Below, in pieces: positions 1-10,143 of a stretch of DNA of 28,733 nucleotides; position 1 is the first letter of the stretch, and every line of letters begins with the position of its first letter. Source of the DNA: Octopus sinensis (lineage: Eukaryota); assembly GCF_006345805.1 (NCBI RefSeq), contig NW_021833531.1, positions 1 through 28,733 on the forward strand, written 5' to 3'. The position numbers and the translations under genes were made by a program. The notes beneath the pieces were generated by a model. The model did not search any database, had not been told where the DNA came from, and saw only the letters and a program-made list of their open reading frames with translations.

Positions 1-190
1 AGAGAAGAAGAAGAAGAAATGAGAAGAAATGGAAGAAGAAGAAGAAGAAAGAAGAAGAAGAAGAGAAATGAAGAAGAAGAAGAGAGAAAAGAAGAAGAAG
101 AAGAAGAAGAAGAAGAAGAAGAAGAAGAAGAAGAAGAAGAAGAAGAAGAAGGTGGTGGTGGTGGTGATGAGGATAATGGTGATGATGATG
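1..190. repeat. (GAA)n trinucleotide repeat grading into (GGT)n/(GAT)n
   Basis: Directly visible; explains the poly-E/poly-K ORFs 19..294 and 29..271. Confidence 0.97.
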
Positions 191-591
191 TATTTCTGTG
201 GGCTTTTTATGTTCATTCCCTTTGTCAGGGAGAAAAGCTTTTCCAGAATGTTTTTCTTCTCTCCCTCTTAATAATTAAAAAAATAAATAAATAAATAAAA
301 ATTTCTGTTCTGTAATTATTTTTAGCATTTAAATTAATTTCAGCTTCATTTAATTTCTCTATATTCTACATATAGAATGATTAAATGCTGAAACTGAAAT
401 CAAATTAAATCTTAAATATGTTCATAAAAATATTAAAATTTTTTTTTATTTTAAAGTACTTCACTCAGAAGAGAGAAATAATTCCCACAAGATATTTTCA
501 CTTGCAAAGAGAGAGAGAGAGAAAGAGAAAGAAAAAAAGGGCCAATAGAAAATGAGCTTACATTAAAATGAAAATTCTAGCCAGGAAACAT

Positions 592-820
592 TTAACCCTT
601 TAGCATTTAAACCTTCCATATCCGGCCAAAAGTATTCTGCCTGTTTTATGTTCAAACTGGCCAGATCTGGTCTCTCACACCAACCCTACAATATCGTTTT
701 AAAAATTAACAGCTACCTCATCAAAATCTCATAGCACCAAGATAATGCCAGATTAGTTCAAGGCAATGTGGATAAAAAAGGATTAATTTTGGCAGAATAA
801 TGCAAACACTAAAGGGTTAA
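592..820. mobile_element. piggyBac-type MITE, TTAA-flanked (coordinates include both TTAA)
   Basis: TTAACCCTTTAG (592-603) is the exact reverse complement of CTAAAGGGTTAA (809-820). A second 9-bp inverted repeat TATTCTGCC (633-641) / GGCAGAATA (791-799) is placed asymmetrically. TTAA TSD with CCC...GGG termini is the established piggyBac signature. Confidence 0.85.
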
Positions 821-1057
821 GGTTTTTCACAGAAGATACAAGGATCGCTATGAGTGTACATCCTTTGAAAATGATATTTGTAAAGAAAGAATACAGAAAG
901 ACATGTGGATGATACAGTGGACTTTGTAGTATACACATACACACACACACACACATACACACACACAGTGGACAAAATTAAAATCTTTTCTTAAACTTTG
1001 GTTAATAACTGATTATGACTCATACAGATATTTATACACACACATTCACACACACAT

Positions 1058-1510
1058 CTTTTATCCTGAACTTGTTTCAACTGTTGCACTACAGCCATTC
1101 TAGGTTATTGACATAAAAGGGTTAAATCAAACAAATCAATTTTAGTACTTAATTTTAAGACAGTACTAACTCTATTTACATTATTTACATTATTTACATA
1201 TCCGTCGAATGTAAATAATGTAAATAGTGTAAGTAATGTACATAATTCTTCATCTCTTAAATATAGAACTGTAGTACTTACTCTATCAGTCTCTTTTACC
1301 AAACCTCTAAGTTACAAGGATATAAACAAACTACACCAGTCATCAAGTGTTGTGTTTACGACAGAGTTTCTATCAACCAATCTCACCCTCAAGACATTGG
1401 TCAGCCTGAGGTTAGAGTACAAGAGACTTGACAAAGATGCCTTGCAGTGGGACTGAGCCTAAAGCCACATGGCAGCAACTGAAGCTTCTTAACCACACAG
1501 CTATGCCTGC
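1058..1510 (-). mobile_element. Degenerate tRNA-derived SINE, group A, interrupted by a 97-bp insertion
   Basis: Read on the minus strand from 1510: gcaggcatagctgtgtggttaagaagc...ggctcagtcccactgc, matching the A/B-box head of the copies at 4721 and 18661. The 3' part (ttttac..cttgtttca..., agtactta.tctatc.gtctctttt.cc.aacc.ctaagt) matches 14761-14920. Confidence 0.8.
1176..1272 (+). mobile_element. Short TSD-flanked insertion with fold-back 5' end (possible Penelope-like retroelement remnant)
   Basis: Flanked by a 14-bp direct repeat, agtactaactctat (1162-1175) / agtacttactctat (1273-1286), with 1 mismatch; the host SINE rejoins seamlessly. Contains a perfect 18-bp stem (1182-1199 / 1209-1226). 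Penelope assignment and strand rest on recall and inference only. Confidence 0.6.
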
Positions 1511-1520
1511 ATGCTTGCAG

Positions 1521-1551
<31 letters not shown>

Positions 1552-1554
<3 letters not shown>

Positions 1555-1781
1555 CTATTATGTTAAACTGTTGTATGTCCAAATGTGGCCAAATGCGTTT
1601 TTTTCGATATTTATTTTTGCTTGCAATACCCAGTTCTTTTGGTCAAACTATCACATCTCCAGCTGCTTCAGATGCCAAGATATCAAAATTTGTCAAAGTT
1701 TTGGTATGGAATTGTGAGACTAGTTTTTTGTTTTCTGAAAAAGCAACATTTTGGACTTATGACACTTTTGCATAATAGCAA
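1552..1781. mobile_element. Unclassified MITE-like foldback element with about 30-bp imperfect TIRs
   Basis: Left ttgctattatgttaaactgttgtatgtccaaa versus reverse complement of the right end ttgctattatgcaaaagtgtcataagtccaaa: the first 11 nt and the distal gtccaaa are identical. No clear TSD. Confidence 0.65.
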
Positions 1782-2095
1782 CGATATATATATATATTAC
1801 TATCTCTCTCTCTCTCTCATATTATGTATATAGATATATATATATATATAGATATATATATATATAACAAATGTTCTAAAAAGGTTGCCAGATACAAAGT
1901 AATTTTTGATTATAGAAATTGTCTTTATTCTGAGAGAAAGTAAACAAACATGTAATGGCAACTGCAACTGACTCCAAAGGAAAATGTGAGATAATCTCAT
2001 GAATCAAAAATTCTCTAGAAATGACATACCATTAAGGAAAACGTAGTCTGCAAATTTCTATATAGCAGTATGTATATGATATATATGTGTGTATT

Positions 2096-2138
<43 letters not shown>

Positions 2139-2171
2139 ATGTAATGTTTGCATGTGCATATGTGTGTGTAG

Positions 2172-2265
2172 TGATGTATATGATCATCCTCATTGTCATT
2201 ATCAGTGTCATCATTCAACATTTGTTTTCCATGTTGACATGGGTTTGATGGTCCAATAGGAGCTG
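2172..2265 (-). mobile_element. Old degenerate RTE 3' tail copy
   Basis: (cat)n-like run followed by tcaacatttgttttccatgttgacatgggtttgatggtccaa, similar to the reverse complement of 3120-3176. Confidence 0.6.
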
Positions 2266-2266
2266 A

Positions 2267-2310
<44 letters not shown>

Positions 2311-2315
2311 TAAAC

Positions 2316-3199
2316 TTAGAAAAACTTTGATATGTTTCAACCAAAGATTGGTCCAGACCATATCTAACTTAATAGTACCACCTGATAAGATTATCTAAAT
2401 CCTTTAAGTAGTGAGTTCTTGCTGAATGAGTTGTATCCAGTTATGGGTGGCTTATCTGGTATTCCTTGAAGAAAACTGTGCAGACTTCGTTTAAAGGTGA
2501 TGGGATCCTTTTCCTCTTTTATCAGTTTTGGGACAATGTTAAACAGGGCAGGGCCTATTGAGGAAGAGAAATTATGTCGCAGTGTACCTATATGTTGTGA
2601 TCTTGAACTGGGCATGGGACGTATGGCTCATCGTCCCAACCTTGGATGAACCTTGAAACTAATGTTCAGGTCATTTGAGCAATGCTGGTGGCATATTCTC
2701 CACATCGTATCAATTAAAGTACCACTCGTGGTGGCGCTGGAGAGAGTAGAGTTTCAAGGCTTTAAGGCAGTCTCAGTAATTGAGATCTGTCATGCCTACA
2801 ATCCGTTTAGTGAGTGCCCTCTGGGGTGATTCAGTTCTCGAGATGTTTTGTATTGTATGGAGAGACCACAAGGGGCAGCAGTATTCGAGGTGAGGCTGAA
2901 CAAAGGAGGAGAAAAGTGGAATGATGACACCTTGTTCTCTGGACCGGAAGGTTCTTAAGATCCAGGAGCTCATCCTACAAGCTATATTGACCTTATTTTT
3001 GATGTGGGCATTCCAACTGAGATTGTTGTCAACCGTTAGGAAGGGCATACAGCTGTAGAAACATTGCCAGATAAGACTGGAGCCTGGTGCAGCCTTCTGG
3101 CTTCCCAGATCCCCGGTCGAACCGTCCAACCCATGCTAGCATGGAGAACGGACGTTAAACGATGATGATGATGATGAATTACACCCAGGTCTCTGATAT
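2316..3199 (-). pseudogene. CR1-clade (CR1/L2-like) LINE 3' fragment: end of RT domain, C-terminus and short 3' UTR; stops and frameshifts
   Basis: Minus-strand translation: IRDLGVI (3199-3177) | VDNNLSWNAHIK...WILRTFRSR...VQPHLEYCCPLWS...ESPQRALTKRI.GM..LNY*..LKALKLYSLQR, then GPALFNIVPK...FKRSLHSFLQGIPDKP..GY...NSLL. These match the established CR1-type RT C-terminal motifs (DLGV, LSW..HI, PHLEY..W.P, ERL..L.L.SL..RR, FK..LD.FL). In-frame TGA at 2773-2775. Confidence 0.88.
3034..3176 (+). mobile_element. 5'-truncated RTE 3' tail with (GAT)n end, nested in the CR1 fragment
   Basis: cgttaggaagggcat...ccatgctagcatggagaacggacgttaaac(gat)n, nearly identical to 10344-10492. Removing it restores the CR1 frame DLGVIVDNN. 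Confidence 0.9.
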
Positions 3200-3766
3200 T
3201 ATATATACATACACGTTTATATACATGTGTGTATTTGTATATATATATAGATAGATTTATTCATGTATAATATGAGAGTGTGTATGCGTAAGAACTCAGG
3301 GAAACAGTAAAAGAGAAGATATATTTAGATTGAACATTAGAAAAACAATATAGCAAAATATATAAAGAAGAAACACAATTCAGAGAAATAAATAAATGTT
3401 ACTGAAATTTTCCATTCTTTCTACCCAAGAAATAACTGAATGGAAAGAAAATTTCAAGAAATTATCTTTGTAAACAAAATGGCTTTTCATCTGTGAGATG
3501 CATTAGTATTGTCCATCATATAAGATCATTTATGACTAAGTTGATTCCTCAAAGAATTCTGAAACATTTGTCTGTATGTCACAATAAACTAATAGATTTT
3601 GTATTGACTCAATCTTACTTGCAGAGAATATTAGCCAAAGGCAAGGAATATTTATTTTGAATAAAAGTTGGCACTTGTGACAAATGGACACAATTATTTG
3701 TTTATTTTTATTTATTCTCTTTTTTGTTGTTGTCGTATACTTGTTTTTGTTGGAGTGAATTAGATA

Positions 3767-3812
3767 AACACACACACACACACACATACACATATATATA
3801 TGTATATGTATT

Positions 3813-3888
<76 letters not shown>

Positions 3889-3924
3889 CCTACCTACCTA
3901 CCTACCTACATACATACATATATA

Positions 3925-3972
<48 letters not shown>

Positions 3973-4092
3973 TTAGATAATATATATATATATGTGTGTG
4001 GTGTGTGTGTGTGTATGTATGTATATATGTATATTATGTATGTGTATATATATATATAATATATATATATATATATCATATATACATACATA
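3767..4092. repeat. Compound microsatellite (CA)n-(TATC)n-(TACC)n-(TACA)n-(TA)n-(TG)n
   Basis: Directly visible. Confidence 0.95.
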
Positions 4093-4618
4093 TGTGAGGA
4101 AGTGCCAGTAGAAGAAACCTGTGGAAGAGGTAGACCAAGGAAAACATAGGATGAGATGGTGAAGCATGACCTTCAAACATTGGGCCTCACAGAGGCAATA
4201 ACAGGAGACCAGGACCTTTGGAGATACACTTTGATTGAGAAGACCCAGCAACTACAGTGAGATCGCAGCCATGCACATCCAGCCCTGTTAAGAATACCCT
4301 TGATGCATTGGGTAATATGATACGCTTGAGAAGACTTGTTGAGTCAAGTAAAACCAATATTGTAGCTGGAGCCAGTGCCCCCTGACTGGCTCCTGTGCTG
4401 ATGGCATGTAAAAAGCACCATCGGAATGTGATCGTTGCCAGGCCCACCTTACTGGCTCTTGGAGTGGATGGCATTAGGAAGGGCATCCAGCTGTAGAAAC
4501 TCTGCCAGATCAGATTGGAACCAGGTGCAGCTGCTGGCTCTCCAAACTTCAGTCAAACCATCCCACCCATGCCAGCCTGGAAAACAGACAATAATCGATG
4601 ATGATGATGATGATGATG

Positions 4619-4620
<2 letters not shown>
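4093..4620 (+). mobile_element. RTE-clade LINE 3' end: ORF C-terminus (4093-4260, premature stop), 3' UTR and (GAT)n tail
   Basis: Frame from 4093: CEEVPVEETCGRGRPRKT*DEMVKHDLQTLGLTEAITGDQDLWRYTLIEKTQQLQ*. This is the G.R.RGRPRKTW...DL...DR..WR motif typical of RTE ORF ends; the TAG at 4147 replaces W. The UTR continues into the same tail found as many short copies. Confidence 0.88.
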
Positions 4621-4651
<31 letters not shown>

Positions 4652-4720
4652 AATTATATATATACTCACACACACACATATACATACAAATATATATACA
4701 TATATATATATATATATGTA

Positions 4721-5416
4721 GGCACAGGAGTGGCTGTGTGGTAAGAGGCTTGTTCCCAACCACATAGTTCCAGGTTCAGTCCCACTGCATTGCACCTTTG
4801 TGTTTTTTTTGACTCAGGTCGACCAAATCCTTGTGAATGGATTTGGTAGACGGAAACGGAAAGAATCCTGTTATATATGTGTGTGTATGTGTATGTGTGT
4901 GTGTATTTGTGTGTCTGTGTTTGTCCCCACACCATTGCTTGACAACTGATGTTGGTATGTTTACATCCCCATAATTTAGAATTTGGCAAAAGAGACAGAT
5001 AGAATAAGTACTAGGCTTACGTGGTTAGAGAAGCGGGCTTGCGGTCGTGGGGTCGCGGTTTCAATTCCCAGACCAGTTGTTGTGAGTGCTTATTGAGCGA
5101 AACCCCTAAAACTCCATGAGGCTCCAGCAGGGGGTCGTGATGAACCCTGCTGTACTCTTTCACCACAACTTTCTCGCACTCTTTCGTCTTGTTTCTGTTG
5201 TACCTGTATTTCAATGGGTACACATGTCTGTGGAGTGCTCAGTCACTTACACGTTAATTTTATAAGCAGGCTGTTCCATTGATTGGATCAACTGGAACTG
5301 GACATGGAGTGTCACTAGGCTTACTAAGAATGTCCTGCGGTCAATTTGTTTCACTAAAGGCGGTGTTCCAGCATGGCCGCAGTCAAATGACGGAAAATCA
5401 AGTAAAAGAATAAAGA
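4721..5416 (+). mobile_element. tRNA-derived SINE group A, full length, split by a group C SINE
   Basis: A-box-like tggctgtgtgg, B-box-like ggttcagtccc, internal (TA)/(TG) tract, 3' end cagcatggccgcagtcaaatgac...aagtaaaagaa. Other copies of the group carry a CORE-like accttgggcaagtg segment (e.g. 18731-18744). Confidence 0.88.
5021..5313 (+). mobile_element. tRNA-derived SINE group C (tail type 1), slightly 5'-truncated and internally deleted, 11-bp TSD
   Basis: Perfect direct repeat actaggcttac at 5010-5020 and 5314-5324. Colinear with 15427-15815 except for a deletion of roughly 55 nt near an aaggg microhomology. Confidence 0.92.
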
Positions 5417-5459
5417 AATATATATATACATACATATACTTATATATATTATATATATA

Positions 5460-5492
<33 letters not shown>

Positions 5493-5534
5493 GTAATATA
5501 TATAAATATATATATTTAGGAAGGGCATATATAT

Positions 5535-5600
5535 ATGCCCTTACTAATGTCAACCACTCCAAGAGTGTAATGGGTGCTTATTAAGTGCTACTAGCACAGC
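5535..5600 (-). mobile_element. Internal fragment of RTE 3' tail
   Basis: atgcccttactaatgtcaaccactccaagagtgtaatgggtgctt matches the family copy at about 20416-20460. Confidence 0.75.
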
Positions 5601-5959
5601 TGCTTTTATATTCTACTGGCACATGACTATGCACATATATGCGCCAGCACACATATATATATATATATATGCACACACACATAATTTGTGACAGAGTTGT
5701 GACTCACATAATTGCAAACAGAAGTAGGTGATTGATTTCATTTCTAGTATAGGATAGATACAGATTTGTTCAAATCCAGAGGCTTGAATAGGAAAAGGAA
5801 GTATCATAAGCTCTGAAATCTGAAAGCAAGAAAACTTGTATGAACTTTTGCAATTGCTTCTTGGTCAGTGCTGGATTTTGTTGGAGGGAAGCTCTAGACT
5901 TCAGCATGCCAAGCCTTTTGGTAAATTTAGCACTGCTCATGCTTCCTTACTCTTCCCTC

Positions 5960-6172
5960 TCTCCTTCTTTCTCTCTCTCTCTCTCTCTCCCTCTCTCTTT
6001 ATATATATATATATATACCTCGTTCCGAGATTTTATGATTATATATATATATAGATAATAATATATTATATATATATAAAATCTGTCATGTAACATATAT
6101 ACACATTTACATACATACACACTCATACGCGCTCACATATATATATATATACACAAACACACACATATATAT

Positions 6173-6210
<38 letters not shown>

Positions 6211-6854
6211 AGTATATATATAATTATATATATATAATATATTATATATTTATATTATATATTATATATTACATATATATACACACATATATACATACAC
6301 ACACATATGTGTATGTAAGTGTATATTCTCTCTCTATACAATATGTATGCATGTGTATACATACGTACTTATATTAAATGTATTTTACGTCTAGGTGTGG
6401 ATGCATGCATATTTGAAAATAAGTTTCAACAAATAGACTCGTATAAAGAAATGCACACACTCACCCCCACAAACGTACCCATCCCCCACCACATACACAC
6501 ACACACACACCAAGCATATAAACAAGTGCAGAATACACACGCACTGCACATAGTTCTCAATTGATAGAGATGTGCATATATACATACATATATTCAGAGA
6601 TTTTATGTAGTAAAATAGATTGGCAATATTTGAGACATAGATCATTTAAATACCTTTCTAGAAGGAAACACTGGGAGGAATGAAAACTGTCTTTCCCAAT
6701 ATAAGAGTAGAAATAAAAGTTAACATAATTTGGAAATAAGATGGATGGGTGTGCATGTGTGTGTTTGTGTGAGTGTGTGCATGTGTCTGCGTGAATATAT
6801 GTATGTGTGTATATGTGTATATGTATATGTATGTGTATGTGTGTGTGGTGTGTG

Positions 6855-6892
<38 letters not shown>

Positions 6893-7020
6893 TATATATA
6901 TATACGTATATATATGTACATATAATATACTATATACGTATATATATGTACATATAATATGATATATATATGCATATATATACATATATATATACGTATA
7001 TATGTGTACATATATATGTG

Positions 7021-7054
<34 letters not shown>

Positions 7055-7098
7055 TACAATATATACATATATATATACATATATATATGTTAATCATA

Positions 7099-7132
<34 letters not shown>

Positions 7133-7142
7133 CAATATAGTA

Positions 7143-7213
<71 letters not shown>

Positions 7214-7350
7214 TATATATAAATATATATATATGTATATAAAGGTATAGATGGCTATACATACATGCATACATAAATATAAGTATAAATAATATGTTAG
7301 TGTGTATGTGTATATATATATATGTATACTCACACACACACACACACATG
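5960..7350. repeat. Long (TA)n/(CA)n/(TG)n/(CT)n-rich low-complexity tract with short unique islands (about 6320-6760)
   Basis: Directly visible; source of the YI/HI/CV-repeat ORFs. Confidence 0.9.
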
Positions 7351-8095
7351 TCACGCCTTCATGTCTTGGTCTGAAATATTGTCATCTGAGCTTGTAGACT
7401 TATTTTCAATGATCACATGTCTTGAAATAGTATCAGTTCGGATATGAAGTAGTTGGCATTATGTTCTTGAATATCTTTGCTGATACTCCAAAAATATTTC
7501 CCAACTGTTGCGTATATGCTTGCATACATGTGAGTCTGTGCGTGCATATGCATGTGTGTATGTATATTTGATACTTATACATATCCAAGTGCATACAAAT
7601 ACATACAAATATAGATGTAGACATAGGGAAAAATGAAAAAGCAAAGGAGTGAAATACACACACACACACACACACACGCACATAGGAAATAGAAGAGGAA
7701 GAGGAAAAAGGAGATAGAGCAAAATATGTGTCAGGTATAGAGATAGCAGAATATTCTTCATTGATTAACCGCAAAAATTTTATTATTGTCTTCTGGAGAG
7801 AAATAGGAAATCTTTAGCTATAAACTTTGATGATGTTCAGATTTTAAAGTTGGGGAAATGTGAACGGTTGAACGGTCTATCTCTAGCAAACAAGTTCAAA
7901 CTTATGAGATGAGGACTAGATTGGTTTTTATATGGATTTATTTATGGAGATATAAAAACCTAATTAACATCACTAATTAAGCAGGGAATGATTATTGTGA
8001 TACTATCTACGGTAGAGGTGTTATTAACATGATGTCAAATGATTAAAGATTGGTATCAAGGATAGAAACTGAATTATAAAGATACAACTGTCTAG

Positions 8096-8385
<290 letters not shown>

Positions 8386-8623
8386 GTGACTTCATTGACC
8401 GAGGTTACCGTGGTCTTTTCCGTAGGCTTTTCTTTCCACGGGTAAACCTCACCTGTCCTCCCCTTTACACTTCATATTGACATTTCTGTGATAACGATCC
8501 CTATTGATCAATTTTTTTTTCCTCTCCCCCTTTTTTTTTTTTTTTTAACCCCCCCCTTTTTTTTTTTTTTTTTTTTGTCCTCTTTCTCTCCTTTTACGAT
8601 CCCTTTTGATCGAAACTCCCCCT

Positions 8624-8657
<34 letters not shown>

Positions 8658-8727
8658 TTCAAAAGAAAAGCTCTACCTTGTAATTTGTTCTATCTGTGTG
8701 CAGCCCTGTGTGGCTAATAAAGAAACA
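8386..8727 (+). mobile_element. Probable non-LTR retrotransposon 3' UTR (clade not determinable here; possibly L1/Tx1) ending in AATAAAGAAA
   Basis: GC-richer island with poly-T tracts and a duplicated cgatccct(a/t)ttgatc motif. The last 42 nt are 33/42 identical to the 3' tail of the SINE at 10840-11070. No ORF remains, so the clade is inference. Confidence 0.6.
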
Positions 8728-8744
8728 TATCTATCTATCTATCG

Positions 8745-8797
<53 letters not shown>

Positions 8798-8809
8798 ACT
8801 ATCTATCTA

Positions 8810-8892
<83 letters not shown>

Positions 8893-8895
8893 CTA
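8728..8895. repeat. (TCTA)n tetranucleotide array
   Basis: Directly visible. Confidence 0.97.
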
Positions 8896-9255
8896 TATTC
8901 ACTGAAATTTTAATGATGACTGAACTTTTAATAATGTTCTTTTGTTATGATCTTCACTGAACATTTACACTTATATCACTATCTATTCCTGTGAAACTCA
9001 TTGAAATTTCTGTGAACATTTGATCATTTGATCATTTAAACGTGTTTTCCAATTTTTGCCTTGTAACTTTAAACTCTCCTTAGTCCTTTATATATTTGTT
9101 CTATTGATGATCAAAAAATTGTTGAAATCAGTTTGGTATTTGAATAAATCTATTCCAAAATTTAAAAACAACTACATGTTTTGAGATTCAGGTGCATTTT
9201 CAAACTCCAAAACAAATTCTCCTATATTTTTTCCTGCATGTCAATACACTTCTTT

Positions 9256-9258
<3 letters not shown>

Positions 9259-9331
<73 letters not shown>

Positions 9332-9464
9332 GAGAGAGAGATAGATAGATAGATATAGATATAGATGCATACATATATATATATAAATCTCTCTATATAT
9401 ATATGTATGTATGTGCATATATATATATATATATATATATGCATACATGTATGTGTGTGTGTAT
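9259..9464. repeat. Perfect (CA)n followed by (TA)/(GA)/(TAGA)n compound tract
   Basis: Directly visible. Confidence 0.95.
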
Positions 9465-9690
9465 CTGTGTGCATATTTGTGTTTGTCCCCCCAACCATTA
9501 CTTGACAACTGATTTTGGTCTGTGTATGGCCCCCATGGCTCTTAATGGTTTGGCAAAAAGAGAATGATAGAATAAGTTCTAGACTTCAAGGTAAGCACTG
9601 GGATCAAGTTGTCCAACTAAAGCCTTTTTTTAAAACAGTGGCCCAGCATGGCCACACTCCAATCAATGAAGCAAGTAAGAGATAGAAGGT
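9465..9690 (+). mobile_element. SINE group A, 3' half only
   Basis: tttgtgtttgtcccccc...cttgacaactga...ttggcaaaaagaga.tgatagaataag...cccagcatggccacactccaat matches 18845-19042. Confidence 0.8.
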
Positions 9691-9694
9691 GTAT

Positions 9695-9922
9695 TTAACC
9701 CTTTTGTTACTGTATTTATTTTGAGATGCTCTGTGCTTCTTTCAATTACTTTAAATATAACAAAGAATTTAGTAAAATAACTTAGTTATCATTCATCTAG
9801 TGTTAGGAACATAAATTGTGACTAAGGTCTGATGGAAGATTTTTATTCAAAACTTTTGAAAACAAGACATTTGTACTCAGAGCCAGAGCCGGTTTCAGCC
9901 GGGTTGGTAATGAAAGGGTTAA
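9695..9922. mobile_element. Second piggyBac-type MITE, TTAA-flanked (coordinates include both TTAA)
   Basis: TTAACCCTTTTGTTAC (9695-9710) versus the reverse complement of the right end, TTAACCCTTTCATTAC: 14/16 identical. Interior is unrelated to 592-820. Confidence 0.82.
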
Positions 9923-10143
9923 GTCAGTCAGACAATTGATAAAATACCTCCCTTGTATTTATTTATCTCCCTATATATTTTGAGCCCTTTTATGACAATC
10001 TTGCCTTTCGTATTCATACTCTGTAACATATAAAGATAATGGCTAAAATGCCAAGGATTGCAGATTTGTGATTGCATCTAATATTTGGCTGGATATAAAT
10101 TAAGTAAAATTTCTTTTGGCTCAGCAATTACAACCTTCTAGAA

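Noticed and set aside
19-294. Poly-Glu/poly-Lys ORFs and all other YI/HT/CV/LS/poly-I/poly-L/poly-H ORFs in the track (e.g. 6557..6985, 18952..19677, 25481..25819, 27367..27861)
   Set aside because: They are stop-free reading frames through microsatellites, with no domain content or splice context.
2773-3129. 118-aa ORF as a gene
   Set aside because: It is a chimera: the first about 32 aa are antisense RTE tail and the rest is CR1 RT ending at a premature stop.
8913-8960. C/D snoRNA (ATGATGA ... CTGA)
   Set aside because: Only 48 nt from box C to box D, no convincing terminal stem or recognisable antisense element; these motifs are common in AT-rich DNA.
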